Source: Desulfurococcales archaeon
GTDB lineage: Archaea; Thermoproteota; Thermoprotei_A; Sulfolobales; Desulfurococcaceae
Assembly (NCBI GenBank): GCA_027022365.1
Contig: JALVYU010000026.1
Span: 224,001 to 288,000 of the forward strand
DNA length: 64,000 nt
Reading direction: 5' to 3'
The translations under genes were made by a program, and so were the position numbers. Under the pieces are notes generated by a model that was not told the DNA's origin, did no database searches, and saw nothing but the letters and a program-made list of their open reading frames with translations. Shown piece by piece: positions 31,956-41,952 of the stretch (the first letter of the stretch is position 1; each line of letters begins with the position of its first letter).

Positions 31956-32342
31956 TTACATAAGCATAGGCTCTCTGAATTTGCCTATCTTTTCTAACAA
32001 TACTCTAACTGGTATGATCTCTAGAGTGTTGTCTCGGCCCACGACCAATACCAAGTCGCCTTTCTTGATATCCAGCGATTTAGCGAAAGCCTTGGGTATA
32101 GAGTATACCGCACTTACGTTTGTTTTCCACACTTTAACTTTCTTCACATTCCACGCAGTCTTCTTAACTACACGTACAGCGTACTCTCTACCTATATTGC
32201 TATCGATAGGCACATAAAGAATCCTATCAATACCTAGAACAGCAAACACCTCCTCTCCAGCTGGTACTATGAAGTGTCTAGACGTTATATAGTACGATAC
32301 ATTACCCATAACTTTAAGTACTTTAATGTACATATGTACCAC
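31956..32342 (-). CDS. AbrB/MazE-type (probably tandem) DNA-binding protein
   Basis: YSIPKAFAKSLDIKKGDLVLV...LEIIP. Confidence 0.75.
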   Translation of the reverse strand: MVHMYIKVLKVMGNVSYYITSRHFIVPAGEEVFAVLGIDRILYVPIDSNIGREYAVRVVKKTAWNVKKVKVWKTNVSAVYSIPKAFAKSLDIKKGDLVLVVGRDNTLEIIPVRVLLEKIGKFREPMLM

Positions 32343-32559
32343 CGGTCAACTCCTATTTTCATCCTAAATAAATACTTACTGAACTCTTAATGAACTTCAT
32401 TTAGAATACTATAAAACTATGGAATAGTATTTCTTTTATATAATTTTTCATTAGTTATACATCATATTGTTAAACTCTATGAGAAGAACAGCTATAATCC
32501 TATACACGTCATATTTTTTATAAGATTAAAGTGGTGATATAGTACTTGGTGTCTCGTAG

Positions 32560-33612
32560 TTGAAAATTCCTATAGGTAAGCTTATTATAAATCCCGAGAT
32601 CGTTGCTAGAACTAAAATTGATGAGGAATACCTTAAGCTTTTAATGAAGAGTCTTAAGGAGGATGGCCAATTACATCCTATTACTGTGAGACCACTACCT
32701 GATGGAAGATATGAAATTATTGATGGTCTTCACAGAGTGGAAGCTGCTAAAAGACTTGGCTGGAAGGACATTGAGGCCAACGTTGTATCAGTAGATGATC
32801 TTGAAGCTAAGTTTCTATCACTTAAGGCTAATCTTGTTAGGAGGAACCTTGAGCCTGTTCAAGAGGGCGAACTGATATACCGTATAATGGTTAAACACAA
32901 ACTTACTGAGAAGCAAGTAGCTGAAAGGCTCGGGGTATCTGTTGAATGGGTTTCAAAGAGACTAGCACTAGTACTTAAGGTACATGAAAAGGTTAGGAAG
33001 CTGGTAGCTGAAGGTAAGTTATCGTTAGGTCACGCTGTAGTTATATCGAGGATCAAGGATCCTACTAAACAAGTAAAGTTCGCTTACTTAATAATAAGAA
33101 ATAGTTGGAGCGTTAAACAAGCAGAGGAAGCACTCATAGAGTTCATAAACGATACCATATTCACGATAGGCTATGAAGGTAGGAGTTTTGAGGAGTTCGT
33201 AGACTTATTGAAGAAGCATGAGATCAAGGTTGTTATGGATATTAGGCATGAAGTAGACTTCGTTAAGCAGGAGTTCTCGGGAGAGCTACTAAAGAGGCAA
33301 CTCCCTGTCTATGGTATCAGATATATTCAGTTGAAGGAGCTTGGAGTACCTAGAATGATAAGAGAGCCATATATAGAGGGTAAACTTTCATTTGAATGCT
33401 TTAAGCAGTGGTATCTATGGTGGATTGAGAAGAATCGTGATGAATGGGAGAAGAAGCTAAGGGAAGCAAAGAGAATAGGGTACATTACTTTACTATGTGT
33501 CGAAAGATATCCTAAGCCACATGGAGCACAGAAACATTACTGTCATAGAGATATCCTTGCTGATTATCTAATAAGACAAGGCTTCTTCGAAAAAAGAGTT
33601 GATATTATATGA
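32560..33612 (+). CDS. ParB/Srx N-domain + HTH + DUF488 fusion
   Basis: GQLHPITVR...YEIIDGLHRVEA; AERLGVSVEWVSKRL HTH; FTIGYEGR..DIR..ELG..LLCVE..CHR DUF488 motifs. Confidence 0.85.
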   Translation: MKIPIGKLIINPEIVARTKIDEEYLKLLMKSLKEDGQLHPITVRPLPDGRYEIIDGLHRVEAAKRLGWKDIEANVVSVDDLEAKFLSLKANLVRRNLEPVQEGELIYRIMVKHKLTEKQVAERLGVSVEWVSKRLALVLKVHEKVRKLVAEGKLSLGHAVVISRIKDPTKQVKFAYLIIRNSWSVKQAEEALIEFINDTIFTIGYEGRSFEEFVDLLKKHEIKVVMDIRHEVDFVKQEFSGELLKRQLPVYGIRYIQLKELGVPRMIREPYIEGKLSFECFKQWYLWWIEKNRDEWEKKLREAKRIGYITLLCVERYPKPHGAQKHYCHRDILADYLIRQGFFEKRVDII

Positions 33613-33899
33613 GGGAGGCTACAATGCTTGTAGGCGTTATATATCGAAGTAAAGAGGTAGAGATTCTAGGTATTGAGTTAGTTACATCTAGAGAACTATT
33701 TGGTCAAGCAATATACTGTCCTCTCTGCCGTAAAGAACTTAAGGGATGGAGTGAAGGATGTACAGTATTTCACTTATATTGTGATCACTGCGGTATTGCG
33801 ATAACAGTGGCTAACACCAATATTCTTGAAGATAAAGATCTTAGCGATCTAGAAGCTAAGCTCCTTTCTCTATTCGACGAAATAAGCTCTAGGTGGTAG
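33609..33899 (+). CDS. Small Zn-ribbon protein
   Basis: CPLC...CDHC; coupled to both neighbours. Confidence 0.65.
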   Translation: MREATMLVGVIYRSKEVEILGIELVTSRELFGQAIYCPLCRKELKGWSEGCTVFHLYCDHCGIAITVANTNILEDKDLSDLEAKLLSLFDEISSRW

Positions 33900-34783
33900 A
33901 AATGGTTGTCGAGAGGATAATAGTTTTAGCGAAAACGTATCCAGAGCTTAGTTCAAAACATGGTCCACTAGTATGTGTTGCTGGAGTAAATGAGTATAAG
34001 GAGTGGCGTAGACTTTATCCTATACCGCTTAAGATATGGATAAACGAGAAGTATGAGGATATAAGATTCAGGAAATGGGATAAAATAGAAGTTGAAGTTA
34101 GTGAGAAACCGCCACCACATGATAGAAGATCTGAGAGTAGACGCGTGATTAACTGGAAGAACATAAGGGTTGTAGGCCATATAAAGGATTGGGAAACTAG
34201 GTTAGCCGTAATTAAAGAGCTACTTGATCCAGATATAGAATCGATCATTAATTCTGGTAGGAGTTTAGGTGTTATAAAACCTGCTAAAGTATTAGACTTC
34301 TTCAGTAAGCCTAGGCATAGGCTTAGAGATGAAGCTGAGAAAGAAGTTCTGAAGAAGATGGATGAAGCTGATAGCACGGTAACACTCCTAGAATATCTTG
34401 AGATAGGTGATAAGTACCTACTACCTGAGGTAAGGGAACCTGACGTTAAGGTAGAAGAACTTCCATGGATAGGCTACAAGTTTTACTGTGGTAATCCTCG
34501 ATGCAGAGGACATGAGATGATGGTTATTGACTGGGAAGCGCAGGAACTATTCCGCAAGTATAGGACTGTTGAAGGACCGGTAAAACAGAAGTTGTTCAAT
34601 GAGCTAGTGTTTAAGAGGGATCTCTACTTCATAGTAGGTAATACGTGGAAGTATCACAAATCCTTCATGATAATAGGCTTGTTCTACCCACCAAAAGGAA
34701 CAGTTCCAGTAAAGCCGCTCGTACCAATATTCAAGGATAAACCAAAGCAGAAGACTCTCTTCGATATCCTGCAACAAAGGTGA
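33893..34783 (+). CDS. DUF488-associated conserved protein (dual-OB-like N-terminus)
   Basis: IVLAKTYP..S.K....VCVAG....WRRLYP, RSESR, SLGVIKP, YKFYC....C.GH.M...DWE. Confidence 0.65.
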   Translation: MVEMVVERIIVLAKTYPELSSKHGPLVCVAGVNEYKEWRRLYPIPLKIWINEKYEDIRFRKWDKIEVEVSEKPPPHDRRSESRRVINWKNIRVVGHIKDWETRLAVIKELLDPDIESIINSGRSLGVIKPAKVLDFFSKPRHRLRDEAEKEVLKKMDEADSTVTLLEYLEIGDKYLLPEVREPDVKVEELPWIGYKFYCGNPRCRGHEMMVIDWEAQELFRKYRTVEGPVKQKLFNELVFKRDLYFIVGNTWKYHKSFMIIGLFYPPKGTVPVKPLVPIFKDKPKQKTLFDILQQR

Positions 34784-34795
34784 AAGGATGATAAT

Positions 34796-35317
34796 ATGCC
34801 TACAATGTTCGAAAACGAAGAACAAATGAAAGAACTGCTAATAAGATGGCTGAGAGACAACGGGTTCATAACAAGGAGAGGACTATATGTTAAGAATTTT
34901 GAAATAGATGTAGCTGCACTAGCCTCAGCGAGGATAACTAGAGAGGGAATAAGACTAGTCAGAGATAGATATGTGTACGCGTTCGAAACCAAGGTTGCTA
35001 CAACATATAAACTTATAAAAGAGGTTGTCGAACAAGCGATCATAAGGCTGTTAGCAGTAGACTATGTCTATATAGTTGTACCTAAAATAGCCGAGATTTG
35101 GAAAGATGGAACAACTAAGGACATTATAACGCCTCCTATCAATGTTAAGAAGATAGCTTCAGGAACATACTCTAAAAACATAGGAATCATAGCAATAGAG
35201 CCCAACGGAACAATCGAAATAACCAGAACAGCACGAAAATCTGGACTAACAATAAAAGAACTAAGAAATCTCGTCATAAGAGAGCTAAGAGGAGAAAACA
35301 TAAGACCATTATATTGA
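34796..35317 (+). CDS. PD-(D/E)XK-fold nuclease
   Basis: E.QMK...WL...GF, EIDVAA, YAFETK, EQA, DYVYIVVP. Confidence 0.75.
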   Translation: MPTMFENEEQMKELLIRWLRDNGFITRRGLYVKNFEIDVAALASARITREGIRLVRDRYVYAFETKVATTYKLIKEVVEQAIIRLLAVDYVYIVVPKIAEIWKDGTTKDIITPPINVKKIASGTYSKNIGIIAIEPNGTIEITRTARKSGLTIKELRNLVIRELRGENIRPLY

Positions 35318-35771
35318 CAAATTATCATTTTTAGCACTAGAGTAGTCATGATATACCAATCATTTTAATCTAAGTGAGATCGAGATTATGTGAATCATAG
35401 ATATAGCTACTTGCTGAAACGGATAGGAACGGGGTGTTTGATATAGCCTTTCCTGCGGAGATTCTCCACGAGCACTGCTTTATGGGGCCTGGCCATGATG
35501 CACCTCCCCCTTACTAAGCCGTAGGGGATCTTTTAAAGCTGAATCTAAGGACTTTTTCGCTAGGGCAGAGGTTCTGATCCCTATATGGGCAGTGGATGTA
35601 GTCGTAGATTCTACAGGGTTCTGGGTGGTGGATCGTTGCGTGGATTATTTCTCAGCATACCTTGCATTTCCCGATTACTTCGCCTCTACGAGTAATGATG
35701 TGTTGTCCGGGTTTGAGCTTGAGGGTTTTCAGGGTTAGAGTGTATATCCGGACTATTTTCCCCGCCTCGTG

Positions 35772-35826
35772 TTTACTCTTTAGACTTAAGAGTATAAACT
35801 TTATACTCTTAAGTCTAAAGAGTAAA
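35772..35826. repeat. 55-bp palindrome (perfect 27-bp arms, 1-nt centre)
   Basis: TTTACTCTTTAGACTTAAGAGTATAAA-C-TTTATACTCTTAAGTCTAAAGAGTAAA. Confidence 0.95.
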
Positions 35827-35909
35827 ATATCACTGTGATCCATTGTTACGGTTTGATAATAGTCTGTTCCTATGTCTATACGGTCCTTCTATATAATTCG
35901 GTGTTGCTA

Positions 35910-38205
35910 ATGGGCAGGATGTTATATGCTGTAATCTATATCGTCTTGATGATTTCTTCCAGCTTGTTATTTGTAGAAGCAACGCTCTTAACAGGGAGCT
36001 TATTATTTGCTGTTCCGTTAGCGGTTCTCAGTATGGCTTTACTGTTTGCGGATGTTATAATATGGTACAGATATATTCATCCCGTAGTCGTTAGGAATGT
36101 CGAGATGCTTATTGCCGTAGTATTTACATCTTTCATGCTCTTAATGATCCCGCTTCTTCTCGGATTCCTACATCTAGCCCCAGCTTTGGTGATGCAGGCT
36201 ACTCTCGCTTCCACGGGCCTTATAGATGGTTGGAGCCGTGTAAGGGGTTTAATCTCTAGGTCTAGGCGAACAGCTGTTAGGAGAATCCGGGAGAAGAAAG
36301 GCTGGAGCAGGTCTGTTCCCAGGGAGCTGGAGATATTTGTTTATATAGACTTGTTTACGGCAATGCTCTTCATACCATCTATACTTCTCGGGTTCTACCT
36401 CTTGGTAACGGGTGTTGACATACTTGTATCCAGCCTGGGCTTTGCCCTAGTCATGTATGGTTTAGCGGGGATGGGGTTTCATGTAGCTAACCTGCTGAAA
36501 CCCCCCGTGGAGGTTAGGATTCGTGTCTTGAGGAGGAAGTGGTATACTGCTTTCTTGGTCAGGCATCCGAGGATCTATTCTTTCGCTGAAAAGTACACGG
36601 GCTATATTAAGCGTCTCCTCGTTGAAGCCGGGGTGTTTCAGGGATCCCTCGTATTTGCTTCTAGGTATTTTGTCCCGGCTTTGTTAATGCTTGTTTCGCT
36701 GGGCCCGCTAGGTGTGGTTGCTCCTCTGCTACTGGGTAGGCTTGGTTTCATAGTCCTGGGTATAGTGTTTTCTGTTCCAGCGATCCTCCTATTGTTCCCC
36801 ATCATGTACTTGTCCTCGAGGAGGGGTGATAGGAGGCGTAGGGTTGAGGATGAGCTTCCCTGGTTCGCCCTATACGCTAGTATTATGCAGAGTGCTGGGT
36901 TGAGCCTATACGAGTCCTTTAAGAGGCTGATAGGTAAGGGGATCCTCCCGGCTATAGAGAGTGAAGCAACTATTATTGAGCGTAATGTTAAGATGCTCGG
37001 TATGGATCAGGTGAACGCTATTGAGGCTCTGGCTAGGCGTCATCCCTCTAGGAGGTTCAGCGAATTCCTATACTCGTACACAACCATATTGAGGACCGGT
37101 GGGGACCTGGTATCGTATCTTGAGGGCAGGGTTAGAGAGTACTTGGAGCTTCTCAAGTTCAGGCTTAAACGATATGCTGAGAGATCGGTTGATTTAGGCG
37201 AGATACTCATAACAATGTTCTTTATATTGACGAGCATTGTTGTTTCACTGGTTATTGCTGCCTGGGGATATAGCCCTTACAGCTATTAGGATGTATAACT
37301 ATCTCGCGATACCGCTGATCACGATCGTGCTTTACTCGGTAATTAATTCTATTCAGCCGAGGCTCTATGACAGGTATAGGGTCAGCCATGCTCTGCCAGC
37401 CATTACAACTCCTCTTGCAACCCTCATAGCCGTGGTCTCGGGCTGGGACCCGTCCTTGATCATTGCATCGTTCGTGATAGGGCTGGCTGGCGGTTATGGG
37501 TTCCAGTACTATATGCAGCAGAAAGTCATCTCTGCTCAGGAGAGGGCGTTGCAAGATTTTCTCCGGGATGTTGCCGAGTACCGGAAGATCGGGTTGCCGG
37601 TCTCTAGAGCTATTGTCTCTATTGCTGAGAGGAGGAGCTATAACTCGTTCTTCGATGACTTGCTCTCCTATATCGCTTTCCAGCTAAGGATGCATAAGAG
37701 GCTGGGAGAGGTAGTAGTGCCTACGAGCTCCCGGCTCGTCAGAACGGTGTTCTTCATATTGGGCGAGATAGAGGCTAGTGGTGGGGGTACGATTAGGGTT
37801 CTCGAGGAGCTTGTGAACTTTGTCCAGGAGTATAATATTGCGAAGAACGAGATGCGGGGAATGCTCCGCCTCTACGAGCTCCTAGCCTACACTACCCCGG
37901 TAATGCTGGTATTAACAGTTTCACTTGTAACAGGGCTCAGCACAGGATTCCAAGCCCCCGCGTCCTCGGCTTTCTCGAGCCTCCCAGGCTTCAGCCTCAG
38001 TATAGGGCGTTTCGACAAAGCAGTCCTAAGCAAAATAAGGACATCGACCCTGCTAGCCTCGATATCCCTAGCAGTCCTTACCAGCAAGACCATAGATTTC
38101 ACCGTGAAGAACACGCTCCGAGCAGTAATAGTCATAGTGATAACCATTGCCTCGTTCAGCTTCCTGCAACCATTAGCCGAGGAGATTATCAAGACGCTAG
38201 TCTAG
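35910..38205 (+). pseudogene. TadC/T2SSF-type pilus platform protein with extra N-terminal TM region, frameshifted near 37255
   Basis: Two T2SSF-like repeats (VEDELPWF...SAGLSL; FLRDVAEYRKIGLP...ASGG) split over overlapping ORFs 35835-37289 and 37237-38205. Confidence 0.75.
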
Positions 38206-38557
38206 CGGGTATAGTTTAAACACGTTATCCCTTACATGTACGAGCATGAATTTTGGTGGGTTTCCTTTTGGGCCATGGATTATATTCTTTTTCTCTGAAG
38301 TAGTGTTTAAAGAACTCGTGCCTGAGCTCTGAGCATTTTCTCCAGAATGAATCCGTTATCTCCACGCTTATACGGTACTTATCCTCAATGATTAGCTCGA
38401 CGTAGCTCCAGGTTCTGCTGAACAACGTGTCTCTATCGGGCTTTCTTATCCTGATCCCGTATGTGAACCTCTTCCAGTCACGGTTTTCCCTTCGTGCTCC
38501 GCCTTTCCACGCTGTAGCTATAATATAGTCGTTCATAGGCCTGCCCCGCTCATTCAC
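38200..38557 (-). pseudogene. Conserved hypothetical protein with probable +1 frameshift near the C-terminus
   Basis: TAW.GG...YGIRI...DRD..F...W...SFW.KC.ELR; removing one A from the AAAA run near 38268 gives PWPKGNPPKFMLVHVRDNVFKLYPLD*. Confidence 0.5.
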
Positions 38558-38731
38558 TTGCTATGTGGGTCGTCGTTAATAAGGAAATGGAGGGGGTACT
38601 GCTATGCTTGTGTAGAGGATCCGATCATTAACGGATATGCTGGCTAGACCCATGTTGAAGGAAAAATGCAACGTGTGTTCATTGATAAGTAACTATGTTT
38701 TTGTGTCTATTCTTTCCTAGTGGTGATGGTA

Positions 38732-39167
38732 ATGAAGGCGATAAGCCCTGTAGTGGCGACTATACTGATAATTGGGATAACCATTGCGGCCGTAGCAGGT
38801 CTCTGGATGCTGGTGCAGAGAAATGCCAGGACGGGGAGCGTTGTGAAGCTCGACGTTGTGAGCATACAAGCCAATGCGGCCCCTGACGCGAAGAGCTGTG
38901 GCTTCGTCGTGACTCTGAGGAACTCTGGTAACGTACCTGTAACCGTGTCAAAGGTCGAGGTAAGCGTTGGCTCCGGGAACAACGTGATCAATACGACGCT
39001 GAGCCCCCGGAACGCCAGGATAAGCCCTGGTAGCACAGAGGACTTCACCGGCGAGGCCAGCAGCCAGAGCCCGGTCTTCACGGATGGCGCCATCCGTGAA
39101 GACCGGGCCGGACGGGGCTCAGCACACTATAATCCAGTACGCCACCATAAGGACATCCACGTTCTAG
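38732..39167 (+). pseudogene. Archaeal type IV pilin (class III signal peptide), probably frameshifted near 39095
   Basis: MKA/ISPVVATILIIGITIAA pilin N-terminus; alternative frame VKTGPDG...YATIRTSTF* ends just before a T-run. Confidence 0.7.
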
Positions 39168-39259
39168 CAGTAGCTTCCCATAAGGTATTTGGAAATACAA
39201 AACTGTTTTTTAGCCCTTCAACCACCCCCTCCGTCTCCATTATTCCTTAATCCGTAACT

Positions 39260-39586
39260 ATGTCCCCCTCCTCCCCTAATCGGTATCGGTGCAGCTGGAT
39301 GGACTGCGGACTGCTTAATGGTTGCATAGACTATGAGTTCCTCGGCAAACTAGTAGATGCGCTAGAGATCAAGCTTGTACCCTTCGCCGACAAGTGGTTA
39401 CTGATAGTAGTCATAGGCTACACGTTCTATGATGATATAGAGTCGACCATTAGAGCTGTGCAGAAGTTCCTGAAAGAAAATGGTGTAGAATCCAGACCCC
39501 GGGAAATAGCCCCCGACTTCTACAATGACCTACCTGTTCTCAGGCTCGTGTTCGAGATAAATGGGTTCGGCGGTGATAATGGTTGA
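39260..39586 (+). CDS. Hypothetical protein
   Basis: 108-aa ORF coupled to the next gene. Confidence 0.5.
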   Translation: MSPSSPNRYRCSWMDCGLLNGCIDYEFLGKLVDALEIKLVPFADKWLLIVVIGYTFYDDIESTIRAVQKFLKENGVESRPREIAPDFYNDLPVLRLVFEINGFGGDNG

Positions 39587-40893
39587 AGGTCTCCGTGTTT
39601 ATGATTCTTTTACTCTTCTTCTCATCGATATCATCGATATTGCTTTTATCCCCAGTTGAGGGTAGCGGAGATGCAGGGGCCTCCGCAAGTATTGGTGTAG
39701 AGACCCCTATACCCGGGAATAAAAGCTATCGGGGAGGCAATGTATCGCTAGCTCTAAGTATTTATAATGGATTAGATGAACCCGTAAACATTAGTGTTGA
39801 AACGTTCCTGGATCCGATGATTCTCTTATGGTCTAACTATACGGTGGAGAGCCTTGATCCCGGAGCCCGGGTCAGGTTTATGTGGTTGGTGAAGGTGCCT
39901 GAGGATATAGGCTTCGGCAACTATACTCTGGGCTTCAACATAACCTATGTACACGGATCTGAGATCAACAACGTGTATGAGGAGGCTTGGGTCGATGTTA
40001 TACCTAGAAACATTACTCTGCTAACGGCTGACCTATACCACAACGCTACCGGATACTATTTGGTGGTCTCGAACCCGCTAACTGATCCCGGACAGTATAT
40101 AGTAGAGAACGTGTCGATAACTATAGAACCATTTAATATAAGTGTGGTTCCACGGGAAGCCGTTATTAATGAACTCTACGCTACCAGCTCCTACACGATA
40201 CCCCTATCTATAAGCTTCAATGAATCGGATATCGGAGCATTAACGGTAAACATGACAACCCATGATGACGTTCACGGACTAGTGTATTTCAACTACACAT
40301 TCATAGTAGTTAATGCTACGGCTTACCTGGATCTCCGTGTAGTAAATGATTATGGTGAGCCGTTATCCGGAGCCGTTGTCAATATAGCTAATGGGGCCTA
40401 TCCTACAGATTCAAACGGCCATATAAGCCTGGTTCTACCCGTAGGGATCTATAATTATACAGTTGAGTATCAAGGACATAAGGCCTTAGGGAAGATAGTT
40501 CTCTATACGGGATATAATCAATACACTATAATAGTCGATCTAACACCACCTATAATATTGAGTGCAAGACAAGAAGGCTATGGTATTATGGTTAAAGCCT
40601 ACGATCCGGGAAGTAACTGTTCTGGCGTTTCATCGATTATATTCGTCCAGGGAGAAAAAGTTTGGAAATATATGTTCTCCGCGCAGAGAAACATATCATT
40701 GATGCTTTACCCGTCGTTAAAATCGGGAAGCGCAACTATAATCGTGTTTGACGCGCAAGGAAATAAAAACAGCACCACGATCCAGTATATTGAACCAGTA
40801 AAAACAGATATCATATTGGAAGTTATCATTGTCTTCTCAATAGTTTTCATAGCGTTGATTGCATTATTGCTTTTAACTTCAAACCATTGGTAA
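39583..40893 (+). CDS. Cell-surface protein with Ig-like beta domains and C-terminal TM anchor
   Basis: Signal peptide, many N-x-S/T sequons, GEPLSGA.V...TDSNG, DLTPP, C-terminal hydrophobic helix. Confidence 0.8.
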   Translation: MKVSVFMILLLFFSSISSILLLSPVEGSGDAGASASIGVETPIPGNKSYRGGNVSLALSIYNGLDEPVNISVETFLDPMILLWSNYTVESLDPGARVRFMWLVKVPEDIGFGNYTLGFNITYVHGSEINNVYEEAWVDVIPRNITLLTADLYHNATGYYLVVSNPLTDPGQYIVENVSITIEPFNISVVPREAVINELYATSSYTIPLSISFNESDIGALTVNMTTHDDVHGLVYFNYTFIVVNATAYLDLRVVNDYGEPLSGAVVNIANGAYPTDSNGHISLVLPVGIYNYTVEYQGHKALGKIVLYTGYNQYTIIVDLTPPIILSARQEGYGIMVKAYDPGSNCSGVSSIIFVQGEKVWKYMFSAQRNISLMLYPSLKSGSATIIVFDAQGNKNSTTIQYIEPVKTDIILEVIIVFSIVFIALIALLLLTSNHW

Positions 40894-40951
40894 GCGATTT
40901 TAATTTAGTACTTATAACGTTTAAATAGCCAGAAAATTAGATACGTATATT

Positions 40952-41030
40952 GGAGGCGGCGGTCCTATAGGCCGTTGGCCTCCGGAGAATCCCGCGGGTA
41001 GCGGTCCTATAGGCCGCGGACCGCGGGGAG
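40952..41030 (-). ncRNA. Twin-hairpin GC-rich element immediately downstream of the DUF3800 gene
   Basis: 16-bp direct repeat GCGGTCCTATAGGCCG at 40959 and 41001, each closed by a different perfect stem (GGAGGC/GCCTCC; CCCGCGG/CCGCGGG). Confidence 0.7.
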
Positions 41031-41043
41031 ATGTTCTAGCTAT

Positions 41044-41772
41044 TCATTCTATCTCCCATATCTTCAACCCGCATCCTTCGTAAGTATTCTGTCCGGGGCA
41101 CCTCCTAATTCTCGGCTCTATGGTGAGGAATGCTTTTTCGAAATCAAAACTTTGCCATCTATACTGTTTCGTAACTATGTATCTAGTCAGATATGCCACA
41201 TAGTCGGCTATCTGGATCGCTGGTTCTAAGTGGGAGTAGGAGAAGGTGATGTATGTTCTATATGTTGGATTTGCGAGTGCTTCTTCTATACCCTTCTCGA
41301 TATCATGTCTAATATTTGCATCTTCGCGTAGATTCTTTGAATCAAATATGATGAGCGCTATGTTTTCATCTGCTCTAGTCATATATAGTCTCTCGACAAG
41401 GAGTTTTAATGCATGTTTTCTTATACCTCGGGCCCTCTTCTTCGAAATCTCTACTCCTGGTCTTGATTTAACAACAGCTACAATATTTAGTACTATGTCA
41501 AGCCTTGAAACGAGTTCGGCGATTTCTTGAAATATCCTTGCCCTATCCCGCATGGGGAGTCTCCACGGAGAATTCCCCTTAACCAGATGCTTGGTATGGA
41601 CCTCATTAACCCGGATACCATATTGATTATTAATATGTGAGAGGAAACGCGAGAAACTACTATCAACTACACCAAGTTTATCCTCACAGACGGCGACAGA
41701 TGACAAAATATATGGGCCTTCATCGAGCTGAAGAGGATCACCCGACTCGTCAACAAATATTAATAGCGTCAA
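41044..41772 (-). CDS. DUF3800 family protein (RNase H-like fold)
   Basis: IFVDESGD N-terminus, E.H, IIFD, C-terminal IQIADYVAY. Confidence 0.85.
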   Translation of the reverse strand: MTLLIFVDESGDPLQLDEGPYILSSVAVCEDKLGVVDSSFSRFLSHINNQYGIRVNEVHTKHLVKGNSPWRLPMRDRARIFQEIAELVSRLDIVLNIVAVVKSRPGVEISKKRARGIRKHALKLLVERLYMTRADENIALIIFDSKNLREDANIRHDIEKGIEEALANPTYRTYITFSYSHLEPAIQIADYVAYLTRYIVTKQYRWQSFDFEKAFLTIEPRIRRCPGQNTYEGCGLKIWEIE

Positions 41773-41952
41773 CAGTCACCTACCCTGTGCTCCTTGTACA
41801 TACACTAAGCTATTTCGGATATATTTAACATCCACGTATGATATAAGCTTAAACCGTTTAGTAAAGAAATCTATCTCATAGATCTGCTTTCACAGTTCAT
41901 CAATGATATGTTCCTATGTGTTTGCTTCACTGTTTTTATCGGTGCATACTAT

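Noticed and set aside
35520-35843. ORF 35652-35843 and Cys/His-rich continuation
   Set aside because: The ORF runs through the palindrome and is broken by a stop; at most an unidentifiable remnant
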